A DNA stretch of 62,878 nucleotides, counting the filler, from Candidatus Rokuibacteriota bacterium (lineage in GTDB: Bacteria > JAUVQV01 > DATDCY01), in the NCBI GenBank assembly GCA_031406795.1. It is 7 parts of 7 records of this genome, joined end to end, with 100 filler letters (N's around TTAATTAATTAA, not from the genome) between each part and the next. Parts side by side here need not be neighbours in the genome. Positions count along the whole stretch, not along the records: positions 47,553 to 52,348 come from JANOHV010000207.1; positions 52,449 to 54,507 come from JANOHV010000057.1; positions 54,608 to 56,938 come from JANOHV010000131.1; positions 57,039 to 62,878 come from JANOHV010000172.1; 3 more parts are not named here. One strand, 5' to 3'. The notes under the pieces are model-generated. The model was not told the DNA's origin, ran no database searches, and saw nothing but the letters and a program-made list of their open reading frames with translations. Both the position numbers and the translations under genes were made by a program. Below, piece after piece: positions 49,352 to 58,647 of the stretch. The stretch's first letter is position 1; each line of letters starts with the position of its first letter.

Positions 49352-49676
49352 GTTCGGCGAAGTCCTCCTCGTTCCGTTTCCCTTCAGCAATCAGACCACC
49401 GGCAAACAGCGCCCCGCCGTCGTCATAAGCTCGGCTCCCTACAACCGCGAGCGTCTGGATCTCGTCATCCTCGCCATCACCAGCCAGATCCGGCCGACGC
49501 TCGGGCTCGGTGAGGCACTCATCGCTGACTGGAAGCAGGCCGGTCTCATCAAAGCGAGTGTTCTGAAACCTGTTCTGACGACTATCGAGAAGGGCTTGGT
49601 CATCAAACAACTCGGTCGGCTAGCAGCGGCTGACCAAGAAATACTCCGAAAATTGCTTGGCATAATTCTCGGCTGA
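49329..49676 (+). CDS. PemK/MazF-family toxin
   Basis: GEVLLVPFPF...KQRPAVVIS...AITS. Confidence 0.9.
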   Translation: MPPTTHFEFGEVLLVPFPFSNQTTGKQRPAVVISSAPYNRERLDLVILAITSQIRPTLGLGEALIADWKQAGLIKASVLKPVLTTIEKGLVIKQLGRLAAADQEILRKLLGIILG

Positions 49677-49765
49677 GAATCAGAAACACCCAGGGCTGAG
49701 GCTGGTTCCAAAGCCGCCCACCCCATGCCCCGGGTCGCCTACGCCGGCTCCCCAGCCGACCTGCA

Positions 49766-50243
49766 TTAACCCATGTGACGCGGCTGCTCCCGGTACTGGA
49801 TCGACTCGGCGATGTGAGTGATGCCGATATTTGGCTCACCCGCCAGATCCACGCTCGTGCGAGCAACTTTCAGCACCCGCGCGTAGCCGCGCGCGGAGAG
49901 CCCGAACGCGCGCATCGCCCCCTCCAGCAGGCGGGCGCCGCCTTCGTCGTGGCGGCAGTGCTCCCGGACCTCGCGCGCACCCATCTGCGCGTTGCAGTAG
50001 ATCGCCGCTCCCCGCAGGCGCTCGCGCTGCACGGCACGCGCACTTTCGACCCGCGCTCTCACGGGTGCCGTCCTCTCCCCCAGCGGCGCTGTTACGAGTT
50101 CGTCATACGCCAACGCCGGCACCTCGACGTGCAGGTCGATGCGGTCGAGCAGCGGCCCGGAAATCCGCGAACGGTACTCGTCCACATCGTGCGGCGTGCA
50201 GCGGCACGCGTGCAGGCGGTCCCCCCGGAAGCCGCACTTGCAC
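49766..50243 (-). pseudogene. comM: comM/YifB Mg-chelatase-like ATPase, 3' fragment beginning at CxCG
   Basis: CKCG...CRC...YRSRISGPLLDRIDL...NAQM...[15 protein letters not shown]; homology ends at the NPCxCG motif. Confidence 0.9.
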
Positions 50244-50679
50244 CGTTGCGTTGCCTTTCTGCTGTTTCACTCTCAAAGCAAAGAAACCTCTTCCCTATCA
50301 ACAACATGCTCGCTTATGGTCGATCGCGTACCACCTCAGGAAAAGGCGGTTTGAGCTGGGACTCCTCCAGCAGGAGGTGGGGCAACGAATCGGCGTGACG
50401 GAGTGTTGCGTTGCCATTTGGGAGGGCGAAAAGGCCACTCCGACATTCCCCTACTGGCCGAAGATCGTCGAATTCCTCGGCTACTGTCCCTTCGACCCGG
50501 ACTGGACTCCCGGGGAACGGCTGACCTGGATTCGGAGGTACTTCGGACTGAGCCAGGAGGCCATGGCACGGCGCCTCGCGGTGGATCCGGGGACCCTGGC
50601 GAGGTGGGAACAGGGGGAGAGGGAGCCAAAGGGGGAGCATCTTCGTAGGATAAGAAGCGTTCACTGGGATACCCGGTGA
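50244..50679 (+). CDS. Double XRE-HTH protein with no clear start codon or RBS
   Basis: HLRKRRFELGLLQQEVG..WE and RRYFGLSQEAMARRLAVDPGTLARWE; the ORF starts at the comM junction. Confidence 0.75.
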
Positions 50680-50826
50680 GGATCATTCATCCCCGTCAGA
50701 TACTTCTCGCAGGCGCGCCCCTCTGTGAATTCCTCGTTCGGCCCGCCCACCGACCCGAGCAGGTCGCCGCAAACGAACCGAGTCAACTCCTACCGGATGG
50801 CAACCTTCGACGGAATCCCCGCCCTA

Positions 50827-51939
50827 TCAATCATTGCCGATATATTTCCGATATTCTTCCGTCAACCCATAGCGCCTGGTCTTTTTCGCAGCCCCAATCG
50901 AGACCAGAAAATCGGTGGCAATCCATTCATTGACAAGATTCCGTGCCATCCGGGCCGAGATTCCAAGCGCCGCGGCCATCTCGCCCGTCGAGAGCGTCTC
51001 AGTCCTGGAGAACAAACCAAGAATGATCCGGGCGCGGCGATCAAGACGCCGCACCATTGCAGGCTCGGCCGCAGGCTGTTTAACGGCACGTCGCACGGCC
51101 TCAGCCCTGACGGCGTCGAACGCCTCGGTGAGTAGCTCGGTGAAATACTCCAGCCACCCGGTCAGGTCGGCAGCGGCCCGGCCTTCGTAGTAGTTGTGGT
51201 GGGGATGGGTTGCCACCGCGCGATAGTACCGCTCCAGCTCGCGGGCGTGATATTCCTCGAGTGAGTAGAGTCCTTCGAGGCCATATCCGCCCCGCTGCAG
51301 AATGAAGGTCGCCAGAAGCCGCGCAGTCCGGCCGTTGCCGTCGTAATAAGGGTGAATGGTCACGAACTGATAGTGCAGGAGTCCTGCGATGAGCGGTGCG
51401 GGAAGCCGTTCCTTCTCCGACCTCTGCACCCATGCCACCATCTCGGCCATCAGGGCGGGAACGTCCCCGGCCTCGGGCGGCAGATACACGATCGCGTTCG
51501 TCGACTGATCGCGAACGGCGTTCTGTCCGTCGCGGTAGGGAGTGGGCTTCGCCCGTTTCCCCTTCATGACGAGAGCGTGGAGTCTTCGGATGATCTCCTC
51601 GGTGAGCGGCGCCCGGCGATCCGTCATTACTTCCACCGCAAGCAGGGCGTTCCAGTAGTTCCTGACTTCACCGACATCGCGCTCGCGGCGAGGAATCGCG
51701 ACTTCGTGCTCGATGACTTCTTCGGCTTGAGCCAGCGTCAGCCGGTTCCCCTCGATGCGTGTCGAGTAATGCGTAGAGCGCAGGCGCGCCTGTCGACGCA
51801 GGTCCACGGCAACGGAGGGCGGCAGCGGCATCAACTGGACGGCAGTGCGGGCTGCCTCGATCGATTGCAGATGGCGGACAATGGCCGGCGTAATGGTATA
51901 AACCGGCTTCCACCTTCCTGTGCTGCCTGAAGAAGTCAC
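50827..51939 (-). CDS. Fic family protein with C-terminal HTH
   Basis: STRIEGN and HPYYDGNGRTAR Fic motif; GTG start after GGGGG. Confidence 0.9.
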   Translation of the reverse strand: MTSSGSTGRWKPVYTITPAIVRHLQSIEAARTAVQLMPLPPSVAVDLRRQARLRSTHYSTRIEGNRLTLAQAEEVIEHEVAIPRRERDVGEVRNYWNALLAVEVMTDRRAPLTEEIIRRLHALVMKGKRAKPTPYRDGQNAVRDQSTNAIVYLPPEAGDVPALMAEMVAWVQRSEKERLPAPLIAGLLHYQFVTIHPYYDGNGRTARLLATFILQRGGYGLEGLYSLEEYHARELERYYRAVATHPHHNYYEGRAAADLTGWLEYFTELLTEAFDAVRAEAVRRAVKQPAAEPAMVRRLDRRARIILGLFSRTETLSTGEMAAALGISARMARNLVNEWIATDFLVSIGAAKKTRRYGLTEEYRKYIGND

Positions 51940-52029
51940 CTGATGCCCCCCACGGTAGGCAGGACCCGTACGTATTACCGATATATTGCCGATAATCCCC
52001 TGAGAAGCCAAGCGGGAAAAAGATAAGCT

Positions 52030-52215
52030 ACCCAACCCCAGGGCCCTGCCCACCAAACGGTCACCCCGTTTCTCGGCCGCAACCAGGGCGCGAATCCTCT
52101 CCAGAGCTTGCTCAGAACATCCCGCGTTCGTCGGAGCCTGCATCGTATGCCGGTACGCATCGCGGACATCCAAATTGGTGATCTCGAAACCATAACCCTC
52201 GGCGAGCCACCGCAA
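52030..52215 (-). pseudogene. C-terminal remnant of a conserved hypothetical protein
   Basis: WLAEGYGFEITNLDV..AY..TM reads as coding and starts abruptly at the comM stop. Confidence 0.45.
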
Positions 52216-52348
52216 TCACACCAGATGACGCGGCTGCTCCCGATACTGAATCGACTCGGCAATGTGGGTGATGCCGATCTTTGGCTCCCCCGCCAGATCC
52301 GCGATCGTCCGCGCGACCTTCAGCACTCTTGCATAGCCGCGAGCTGAA
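52216..52348 (-). CDS. comM: Second comM/YifB 3' end (partial, runs into the gap)
   Basis: [43 protein letters not shown]; diverged paralog of 49766-49900. Confidence 0.85.
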
Positions 52349-52448
52349 NNNNNNNNNNNNNNNNNNNNNNNNNNNNNNNNNNNNNNNNNNNNTTAATTAA
52401 TTAANNNNNNNNNNNNNNNNNNNNNNNNNNNNNNNNNNNNNNNNNNNN
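52349..52448. other. Artificial contig linker
   Basis: N run containing TTAATTAATTAA. Confidence 0.98.
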
Positions 52449-53069
52449 GCCCGTGCCCGAGGCGACCGCGGTTCCGGCGAAAACCAGGTTCGGGCGCTCG
52501 GTCGGCGGCAGATCCCCGCGTTCGGAGGCTTCCTCCGTGCGGGGGGCGGGCATCGACTCGCCCGTGAGCGTCGAGAGGTTGACCCGCAGCTCGCGCGCCT
52601 CGACGAGCCGCGCGTCCGCGCTGATGCTGTCCCCCTCGCCGAGCAGGATCATATCGCCGGGGACGAGCTGCTCGGCCGGGATTTTCGCCTCGCGACCGTC
52701 GCGCACGACGCGGGCCGTGCGCGGCAGCAGCCGGCGCAGGGCCGCCGTGGCGCGCTCGGCGCGGAACTCCTGCCAGAAGGAGAAGACGGCGTTGATGACG
52801 ACCACCGCCCAGATCGCCCACCCGAGCTGCGGCATACCGCCGACGAAGGCCATCGCCCCGCCGGCCCAGAGCAGCAGCGCCATCAGGTGGGTGAAGTTGG
52901 CGAGGAACTTCTTCCAGAGGGGCCGGCCGCGGATGATCCGGATGGCGTTCGGCCCGGACTCGGCGAGGCGCTTCGCCGCCTCCGCGGAGGTGCGGCCCTG
53001 CGGCGTGCTGCCCGCCGCGGCGTAGACCTCCGCGGGGGCGAGACGGTGCAGGGACGCGTCAACGGCCAT
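52449..53069 (-). CDS. Cation-transporting P-type ATPase, N-terminal part
   Basis: GPN, QEFRAE, LVPGD, ADARL and STLTGES motifs. Confidence 0.9.
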
Positions 53070-53222
53070 CGGTTGCCTCCGGGAAGGCGCTCATGCCAGC
53101 ATCGCCTTGTGCCTCCGGGCCACGCCGCTGGCGAGGTCGGCTCGGGGCGACCTCCCGAGCATCCCGGCACCGACCGTAGTCCCGACGGCCCTGTCGTGTC
53201 AACCGCCCGCGGAAGCGGAAGC

Positions 53223-53375
53223 ATGAAGCTCCTCCTTGATTCTTCGGCCTTCGCCAAACGGTTTGTCGAAGAACCGGGGAGCCAGGAAGTCGAGTTCCTC
53301 TGCTCTCAAGCCACCGAATTGTGCCCCAGCGTCATCAACCTGACTCCGGATGTCGCGCACTCCGCGGAGAATTGA
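53223..53375 (+). pseudogene. Truncated VapC/PIN toxin
   Basis: MKLLLDSSAFAKRFVEEPGS PIN N-terminus; stops after 50 aa. Confidence 0.7.
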
Positions 53376-53572
53376 TCATTGCTGAATCGCTGCTCGAGCC
53401 GAGACCATGGTGACACTCTATGGCTGTCGGCCATTCCCTTGAGAATCAGGCCGGGTAATGCGCTGATGAGAAACTATCCCATGGTAGGGTTTTGCCCTAT
53501 CGACAGGTCCATGAATCAGACTCATAGTGCAGGTGGGTGATTGGTTGTCTGCAACTTCAGAGGAGGGGCGCC

Positions 53573-53662
53573 ATGGGCTCAACAGAGTTGATCATCCTGA
53601 TTGTGGTGTTGGTCCTGCTGTTCGGCGGGGGCGGCGGTTATTACTTTCGCCGAAGAAGGTAG
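53573..53662 (+). CDS. 29-aa small membrane protein (DUF3309-like)
   Basis: AGAGGAGG RBS; MGSTELIILIVVLVLLFGGGGGYYFRRRR; too short for the ORF track. Confidence 0.75.
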   Translation: MGSTELIILIVVLVLLFGGGGGYYFRRRR

Positions 53663-53822
53663 AACGTCGGTCCTCTGCCACCGGCATCTCTTCGGGACGA
53701 TGCCTTGAGAATCACTTACCGGGGACGCAGATGCATCTTGGTCAGATCGACGCCGGGCGGACCGCTCGACCGGCCGTGGGCGTTCGGCTCGAGGGAAGAA
53801 TCCTAAGCGCGGGGAGAAACCG

Positions 53823-54227
53823 ATGAGCACAAGAGTTGGCTTGTGGATTGACCATCGTAAGACCATTGTTGTGGCCGTTACTGACAAGGGGGAAGAGACA
53901 AGATTGATTATATCTCAGCTTGAGTCACAGCCGCGCCGTGCCAGTGATTCCCCGCCTCAGGGTCATTACGAGGCTCAGCAAATACATGCGGATGATAGCC
54001 GCCAGAGAGCGCTGACGGGGGAGCTCAACATCTACTACGATGCTGTAATTGCAGCTATTCGCGATGCGGAATCGATTCTGATATTTGGTCCTGGTGAAGC
54101 AAAAGGCGAATTGAAGAAACGTCTTGAAAAGAATGGTCTCGATACACGCATCATTGGTATCGAAACCGTTGACAAGATGACGGATCGTCAGGTTGCAGCC
54201 AAAGTTCGCAAGCATTTTTCAACGTAG
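53823..54227 (+). CDS. eRF1/pelota domain-2-like hypothetical protein
   Basis: GLWIDHRK...ILIFGPGEAKGEL...DKMTDRQVAAKVR. Confidence 0.7.
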   Translation: MSTRVGLWIDHRKTIVVAVTDKGEETRLIISQLESQPRRASDSPPQGHYEAQQIHADDSRQRALTGELNIYYDAVIAAIRDAESILIFGPGEAKGELKKRLEKNGLDTRIIGIETVDKMTDRQVAAKVRKHFST

Positions 54228-54239
54228 AAGGAGGCGGCA

Positions 54240-54479
54240 ATGAAGAAGCAGCAGGCTGTCCACGATGAGATTGCACGGGCGGCGTACGAACTGTATGAGA
54301 AAAGGGACAGGGCCGACGGGCACGAAATTGAGGATTGGCTGGAGGCGGAAAAGCTGACGATGGAAGAACATGAGAGACATGCCGGGGAAATCGAGCGGGG
54401 AGTTGATGTCTTCAACAAGCCGAACGAGGATGGTTTCCGGCAGACGGTAAAGAAAGGCGGGTTCTACAAGAAGAGCTGA
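54240..54479 (+). CDS. DUF2934 domain protein
   Basis: IARAAYELYEKR..GHEIEDWLEAE. Confidence 0.85.
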   Translation: MKKQQAVHDEIARAAYELYEKRDRADGHEIEDWLEAEKLTMEEHERHAGEIERGVDVFNKPNEDGFRQTVKKGGFYKKS

Positions 54480-54507
54480 GAGATGGGAGGCGCGCGCGAG
54501 GCAGATG

Positions 54508-54607
54508 NNNNNNNNNNNNNNNNNNNNNNNNNNNNNNNNNNNNNNNNNNNNTTAATTAATTAANNNNNNNNNNNNNNNNNNNNNNNNNNNNNNNNNNNNN
54601 NNNNNNN
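54508..54607. other. Artificial contig linker
   Basis: N run containing TTAATTAATTAA. Confidence 0.98.
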
Positions 54608-56240
54608 AATCGGTGCCGCTCCCCCCGGGGAAAGTGTTCCACTGCAGAGCGCCATCGGCGTCGAGTTTGGCCACGAATAGTGCATCTCCCGAAGATCCAG
54701 CTCTCGGCCATCGAAGAGGATCGCCCCATGACGAATTGCTGGTACCCGTAACGTACAGACTGCCGCCCGCACCGATCGCGATTTCACCGACATAGTCGGA
54801 CGAAGCGCCCCCCAGGAAGGTGTTCCAAAGCAGTGCGCCGTCGGAGCTGAGGCGGGCCACGAAGACATCCGAAGTCCCTCCCGTGAACGGGTGGAGCGGC
54901 GCGCCCCACGCCGCCGATTCATTGTATAGGCTGTAGCCAATGACATAGACGTTACCGCTCGCATCGGCTGCGAGCGCGCCAGCCAGATCGTAGCCCCCAC
55001 CCCCGAGGAAGGAGTGCCACAGCAGCGCACCGCCGGTGTCGAGTTTGGCAACAAAGACGTCTCCGTTGAACTCCCCTACCGAGGAGAGCGCCCGGAGGGG
55101 GGTTCCCCACGTGGATGCGCTGTAACCGACGACATAAGCATTGCCGCCTGCATCGATCGCGATGTCGTTACCCTGGTCGCGGGAATCTCCCCCGAGAAAG
55201 GTGTTCCAGAGAAACGCGCCGGCGGGGTCGAGCTTGGCCACGAAGGCATTGTACGTTCCTGCAGTTCCTGCCCACGGCTGGATCGGTGCTCCCCACGAGG
55301 AAGTGCTCGATCCGGTCACATAGAGATTACCGCTGGCATCAATCGCGATCTCGGAAGCGGAGTCCTCGCCCGTTCCCCCAAGAAAGGTGTTCCAGAGCAG
55401 GGCTCCGCTGCTGTCGAGCTTGGCCACGAAGGCGTCGGGCACATAATGGCTACATGCCGAACACGGACGAACCGGGTTGCCCCATGAGCCGGAGCTGGTT
55501 CCCGTCACATAGAGGCTGCCGCTCGCATCGAGCGCGATGCCGTAGCAGCTTTCATCGTCCCATCCCCCAAGGAACGTGTTCCACGTCAACGTCGGATCGA
55601 TGGTCAGCGGGCGGGTTTTGTCATAAGGACCAACAGCGAAGCCCACTTCCCGCTCAGAATCGGCGTGAAAAGCCACCGACACCGGCACCCGGCGGCCGTC
55701 CTTATCCTGCCAGGCGACCGGCGCGCTCTCGCGCATCATGCCGGCGGCAAACGAGATCCGCAGGTCGCCGCCCGGTTCAACGGCAACGGGCGCGTTGTAG
55801 AGAAGGCGGATCAGCGATGGATCGGCGCCGGGAGCGACGGTATAAGTGCTGCGTAGTAGTCCGGCCGGCGCATCGTACGCGAGCGTGATCCCGTCCCAGA
55901 TGCCGGGGTAGGTGACGCGCATCAGCGGCGCGGCTTTGCCAGTGGGCGCTGTTGAGTCGCTGACGGCAGAATTGGCCGCGGCCGTGGGTCCCGGAGCTGC
56001 CGCCGCCGACCCAGCCGTGATCGGCTCGACGTTCTTCGCGCCGACGAACTCGATGCGCAGGGCATGGCTGCCGGTGGCGACAACGACGTCTTTCGGTGTG
56101 AAACCCACGACGTGCCCGCCGGAGGTGAACTGCAGCGGCCTGAAGCCGGATTCCATCGGCGGTGTAGCCGACGCGGCAGTCATCGTCGTCAGAAGAGTGC
56201 CGAGCGCCGCAAGCGCCAGCGGTCTTGATATCCGTTTCAT
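54608..56240 (-). CDS. Secreted SBBP-repeat beta-propeller protein, 3' partial
   Basis: Signal peptide, YPGI, LTIDP, and repeated WNTFLGG...IAIDASGNLYVTG...FVAKLD. Confidence 0.88.
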
Positions 56241-56473
56241 GCGCACATCCCCCGACTGCGCTGTTGACAGGCGCCACGGCCTGGAGGACTACGGCGCGGC
56301 GTACTTGATAATCCTACACGGGATGAGGAACGAGAACAATCGCCCGCAGGGCGCACAAACTTTGTCAACAGCTGTCAGAGGATCGAGAGGGGAACATTCC
56401 TTCGCACCGCGTTGTCTCAATAGGTAACACGAATGCAGGGATCATCATCGGCTCAGGACGGGGAGGATGCGGC

Positions 56474-56938
56474 AATGAAGACGGCGCGGAGTCTCAACAA
56501 GTATCTGACATCGGCAACGAGAGCATCGTCATGGGCCTTGGCTCTCGCATTGGCACCTGCGCTCGCACTGGCGCTTGCACTGGCGCTCGCGCTGCTTGCC
56601 CCCCCCGACGCCCGCGCGGCGGATATCAAGATCAGCGCCGGGTTCGACAACGGCGCAGTTTACGTCTCCGACCCCGATGAGCGCTACCTGGAGATCGAGG
56701 TGGTCGCGCCCGACCGCGGCCCCTCGCACCCGCCGTCCCGGCCGCGGCTGAACATCGCGCTCGTGCTCGACAAGTCCGGGTCGATGGCGGAAGCGCGCAA
56801 GATCGACTTCGTCATCGAGGCGGCGCATCGCCTCGTCGACGCGCTGCAGTACGGCGATCGCTTCGCGCTGGTGACCTACGACGACCGCGTCGAGGTGCCC
56901 ATCCCCTCCGAGGCGCTCGAGGACCGTCGCCGCGCGCA
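56474..56938 (+). CDS. Secreted VWA domain protein, 3' partial
   Basis: LNIALVLDKSGSM MIDAS motif. Confidence 0.85.
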
Positions 56939-57038
56939 NNNNNNNNNNNNNNNNNNNNNNNNNNNNNNNNNNNNNNNNNNNNTTAATTAATTAANNNNNN
57001 NNNNNNNNNNNNNNNNNNNNNNNNNNNNNNNNNNNNNN
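56939..57038. other. Artificial contig linker
   Basis: N run containing TTAATTAATTAA. Confidence 0.98.
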
Positions 57039-57050
57039 CCGTCACCGACC

Positions 57051-57311
57051 GGGAACGGCCAGGCGGATCAAAAGGGTCCAGGTGCAAGGCGGACGAGGAA
57101 GCGGCGACTGAGGCGGGCTGGTGCCCGCCGCAGGGAGCCGCGAGGAGGACAACGCAGCAGATGGGCCCTTTTCAGCGCACGGGAACGGCCAGGCTGATCA
57201 AAAGGGTCCAGGTGCAAGGCGGACGAGGAAGCGGCGACTGAGGCGGGCTGGTGCCCGCCGCAGGGAGCCGCGAGGAGGACAACGCAGCAGATGGGCCCTT
57301 TTCAGCGGCCT
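57051..57311. repeat. Tandem duplication (130-bp period) of the ~120-bp structured repeat
   Basis: 57051-57177 is almost identical to 57181-57307. Confidence 0.9.
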
Positions 57312-57314
57312 GGA

Positions 57315-57391
57315 TGGTGGCGGTGGGTGGACTTGAACCACCGACTCCGCGGATATGAGCCGCGTGCTCTGACCAACTGAGCTACACCGCC
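57315..57391 (-). tRNA. tRNA-Met(CAT), elongator type
   Basis: GGCGGTGTAGCTCAG..CGCGG-CTCATAT-CCGCG..GGTTCAAGTCC..CACCGCCACCA; paired G1-C72 and encoded CCA. Confidence 0.93.
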
Positions 57392-57524
57392 GTCAAGGAG
57401 CCCGGTTTATAGGGCATTTGGGGACGCCTGTCAAGAAGCCGCCGCCCCGGGAGGGCAGCCGGCCGGGGCGGTCGCTTGTGTTTTTCCCGCTCGTGCAGTA
57501 GGTTTTCCGCAGGAGGGGTGAAGC

Positions 57525-57962
57525 ATGTCCAGACAGAGAATGAAACGCGTGTTCGCCGCGATGCTGGCCGCCGGTTCTCTCGCGGTGCCGTCGGGGTGCG
57601 ACTGGTTGAGCGGATCGGATGCGGGAGCGCGCCAATCGCCCTTTCTCAGCAACCTGAGCATCCAGCCGGCTTCGGTGCTCTGCGGCCAGGAATTCACCGT
57701 GTCGTTTCGTTTCGACGATCCACAGGGTGACGTCCTTCTGGCGCACGTGAACCTCCAGCGCGCCGGAGACCCGACGGTTCGCGAGGAGTCGCCACTGTGG
57801 CCCGATGGCGTCAGCAGGAGCAGCGGAACCGTATCGTTCCCCCTCACGTTCACCTGCGGCACCAAGGGCGGCGCCTGGGCGGTCACGGTCCGGGTCGAGG
57901 ACGAGCGGTTGAACCCGAGCAACCTGCTGTCCGGGGAGATCAGGCTCAACGCGGCGGGTTAA
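57525..57962 (+). CDS. Hypothetical lipoprotein (Ig-like)
   Basis: AGGAGG RBS; signal peptide ending PSGC. Confidence 0.65.
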   Translation: MSRQRMKRVFAAMLAAGSLAVPSGCDWLSGSDAGARQSPFLSNLSIQPASVLCGQEFTVSFRFDDPQGDVLLAHVNLQRAGDPTVREESPLWPDGVSRSSGTVSFPLTFTCGTKGGAWAVTVRVEDERLNPSNLLSGEIRLNAAG

Positions 57963-58647
57963 GCGGCGGCGCGGCGGCGGCGAAGCGGCCGCCTTCGAGC
58001 GTCAGGGTCCTCCCGCAGGCCCGGGCCAGTTCCGCGTTGTGCGTGACCACCACCAGCGTTAACCCGCGCTCGCGGTTGAGCTGCTGCAGCAGCGCGAAGA
58101 TCGCCTCGCCCGTCGCGCGGTCCAGGTTTCCCGTCGGCACGTCGGCCATCAACAGCAGCGGCGAACGCGCGATGGCCCGGGCGATCGCCACGCGCTGCTG
58201 TTCGCCGCCGGAGAGTTCCCCCGGGCGGTGGTGCCCGCGGTCGGCGAGGCCGACGTCCGCGAGCAGCTCCGCCGCACGCCGCGCCGCGCCGGCGCCGCGT
58301 TCGCCCCCGAGCAGCAGCGGCATCTGGACGTTTTCGAGCGCCGTGAAGTCCGGCATCAGGAAGTGGAACTGGAAGATGAAACCCACGGCGGCATTGCGAT
58401 AGCGGGCCAGGGCCGTGGCGGAGAGCCCGGCGAGCGGCCGGCCTTCGAAGAGCATCTCGCCGGCGCTCGGGCGGTCGAGTCCGCCGAGCAGGTGCAACAG
58501 CGTGCTCTTGCCGGTGCCGGAGGCCCCGACGATCGCCACGGTCTCGCCGGCCGCGACGGCCAGATCCAGGCCGTCGATCACGGTGAGCTGCCGCTCGCCG
58601 CTCATGTAGGTTTTCGTCAGCCCCCGGGCTTCAATCAGGGGCGGCAT
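57946..58647 (-). CDS. lolD: Lipoprotein-releasing ABC ATPase
   Basis: GASGTGKST, GFIFQFH, LSGGEQQR and VVTH; Walker B reads ADVPTGNLD. Confidence 0.88.
   Translation of the reverse strand: MPPLIEARGLTKTYMSGERQLTVIDGLDLAVAAGETVAIVGASGTGKSTLLHLLGGLDRPSAGEMLFEGRPLAGLSATALARYRNAAVGFIFQFHFLMPDFTALENVQMPLLLGGERGAGAARRAAELLADVGLADRGHHRPGELSGGEQQRVAIARAIARSPLLLMADVPTGNLDRATGEAIFALLQQLNRERGLTLVVVTHNAELARACGRTLTLEGGRFAAAAPPLNPPR

Noticed and set aside
56535-56600. Ala-Leu dipeptide run in the VWA protein
   Set aside because: Low-complexity hydrophobic signal peptide.
57315-57391. tRNA(CAT) as initiator or Ile2, or as an island attachment site
   Set aside because: The paired 1-72 and GGCGGTG acceptor fit elongator Met. 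No duplicated tRNA 3' end or integrase is seen.
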